Source: Raillietiella orientalis (lineage: Eukaryota). Taken from it: a DNA stretch of 64,000 bases. Below the pieces are notes generated by a model. That model worked only from the letters and a program-made list of their open reading frames with translations. It was not told where the DNA came from and searched no databases. The stretch is from the NCBI GenBank assembly GCA_036172245.1, contig JAYWIR010000025.1, positions 2,604,001 through 2,668,000 on the forward strand, read 5' to 3'. Of the stretch, positions 62,401 through 64,000 are shown in pieces; position 1 is the stretch's first letter, and each line of letters begins with the position of its first letter. The position numbers were made by a program, and so were the translations under genes.

Positions 62401-64000
62401 AGACCCCCTCGTTCCGGGGCGGAGTCAGCCGGGGCCGTCGCTCACCTGATTTCTGGAACCCTGCTGACGGAGGGGATGAAGGGGGAGGCGCGCGGAAGGA
62501 TGAGAAAAAAGGGGGGAAGGGGTGCGAGATAATCCACGCCGCCAGCGTGCGTGCGGGTCCGGGCGGGATGAGGGCCAACTGATCTGTAAAGAAGTGCTGG
62601 CGCTCCTGAAGCGGAGGAGACTCGGATGCTGGAGAGATTACGGCAGGCGGAAGTACCCGCATCCTCGGCGATGATTGGCCCGGGGCTAATCAGCTCTACT
62701 TCCCGGCATGGGAAGGAGGGCGGTGGATCACGCAGCCGACGATCGCGCAGATGGCGAGGACGCGAGACCTTGGAAACGGCCGCGCAGGAGACGGGGTGAG
62801 GTGCTCTTCCCCCCCCCCCCCAAAGGTGAGGAGAAGGTGCCCAGGAATCCGTAAGGAATCCATAAGGATTTGAGTCCAAACGACCTTTCTCGAGGTCGCC
62901 GAACGAAGAAGGGACATGACCCAGCCAGGTCCCGTCCGACCTCCCGCACTACCTCCCCTCCTCCCTCCTCCCTTTCCTTGCGCTCCAGAGACGACGACGC
63001 CCCACACAGGCTTCCGCGAAAGGAACCGGCCGTCATCCTCCGTCGCACAGTCTTCCCACCCTCCCTCCTCCCGTTTCAGGGTGATCGCTTCACCTGGGGC
63101 GCACCGCCCGCAGCGTTGCCGCCGGCAAAAGACGGCAGCCCCAAAAGTCCCTTTCCCTCCTTCCAGCAGGCGCAGCGGCCGCCGGACATGGGCGCTCCCG
63201 CGAACGAGGCCGGGCTAAAAAGGGGAGGACCGGGCTGCCCACTCGCCAGAGCGCGGCCGTCGCTCCGGCCGATTCGCTCCGTATCCACGGCAACGGCCTG
63301 GCAGCTGCCGCCGCAGCCGGGGATCCTTCCGTCGGTCGGAATTCGAGGATGGGGGCGCGCGCGCGTCCGTGCCCCCGTACGCACGCACACGCGCGTGCGC
63401 GGACCTCTGCTAGCCGCAGCTGCACACGTCGCGCACGTGCGCGCCCTGCGCACCAGCAAAGGGACGGGGGCGTTCCCGGAGGGAAAACGCGCGCGCGCAC
63501 CTGCACGAGCGCGTGTCCGCGTGCGTCCGGATTTTCGCTCACGCGCCGCCCGGCGGGACTGCCGCGGATTCCCGAAGGCGATTCGGCGGGCTCTTCTCAA
63601 GTGGCTTTCGGCGAAACGCAACGGCACTGCGGGAAGGCGAGCGCTCGCAGCCCGCCCCTGCAAGGGTTGCCTGCCTGCCTCCCGTTCGCCTTCCCACCAC
63701 CCCTTTCCTTCCAGCAGCAGCTTCCTCTCCCCGAGCGGATCCAGGGAGGCAGGGCAAGGAAATGGGGCCGTCCTTTCTCCTGGAGTGGCTCGTCGGAAAG
63801 GCGAGGTGGCCCACACACGCGAGGCGCCCGACGCGATCGCCGGCGCGCGCACGCGCAAACACCTGCGGTATTGCCGACGAGGAAAGGAAAGCGAAGTCAA
63901 TAAAAGAGATCTCCTGCGATGAATCGCCCGGAGAAAGAGGGAGCAAACGCGAGCGCGTGCAAGTTCAGGATCGCATCGAGCGTGCATGGGATGGCGACGA

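Noticed and set aside
1..64000. CRISPR arrays, prokaryotic operons or defence systems, rRNA
   Set aside because: No regularly spaced repeats or rRNA signatures. The spliced homeobox gene, LINEs and U2 fragment indicate an animal nuclear genome.

Overview
Eukaryotic (animal, probably arthropod) genomic DNA with two very different halves. (1) About 1-29 kb has an AT-rich background packed with non-LTR retrotransposons of the L1/Tx1 clade, mostly on the minus strand. It includes one full-length 5.8-kb copy (17330-23108) with an 18-bp target-site duplication, an intact ORF1 (RRM-like region plus three CCHC knuckles) and an APE-endonuclease/reverse-transcriptase ORF2 carrying only two lesions. There is also an older, deleted sister copy (2032-5925), several other Tx1 fragments, a 34-nt U2 snRNA 5' fragment joined directly to a Tx1 fragment, and a tRNA-derived head. 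(2) About 29.3-64 kb is a very GC- and CpG-rich domain containing a two-exon Hmx (NK5/H6) homeobox gene on the minus strand (CDS 58207-57646 + 56021-55330, about 417 aa, with eh1 motif, homeodomain and Hmx C-terminal motifs). This domain also holds several heavily decayed LINE relics that seem to have drifted to the local high GC, and a perfect 18-bp hairpin. The many long ORFs in the GC-rich half are mostly compositional artefacts. No CRISPR, rRNA or prokaryotic features were seen. All protein assignments come from motif recognition by eye, not database searches, and boundaries of degenerate elements are approximate.
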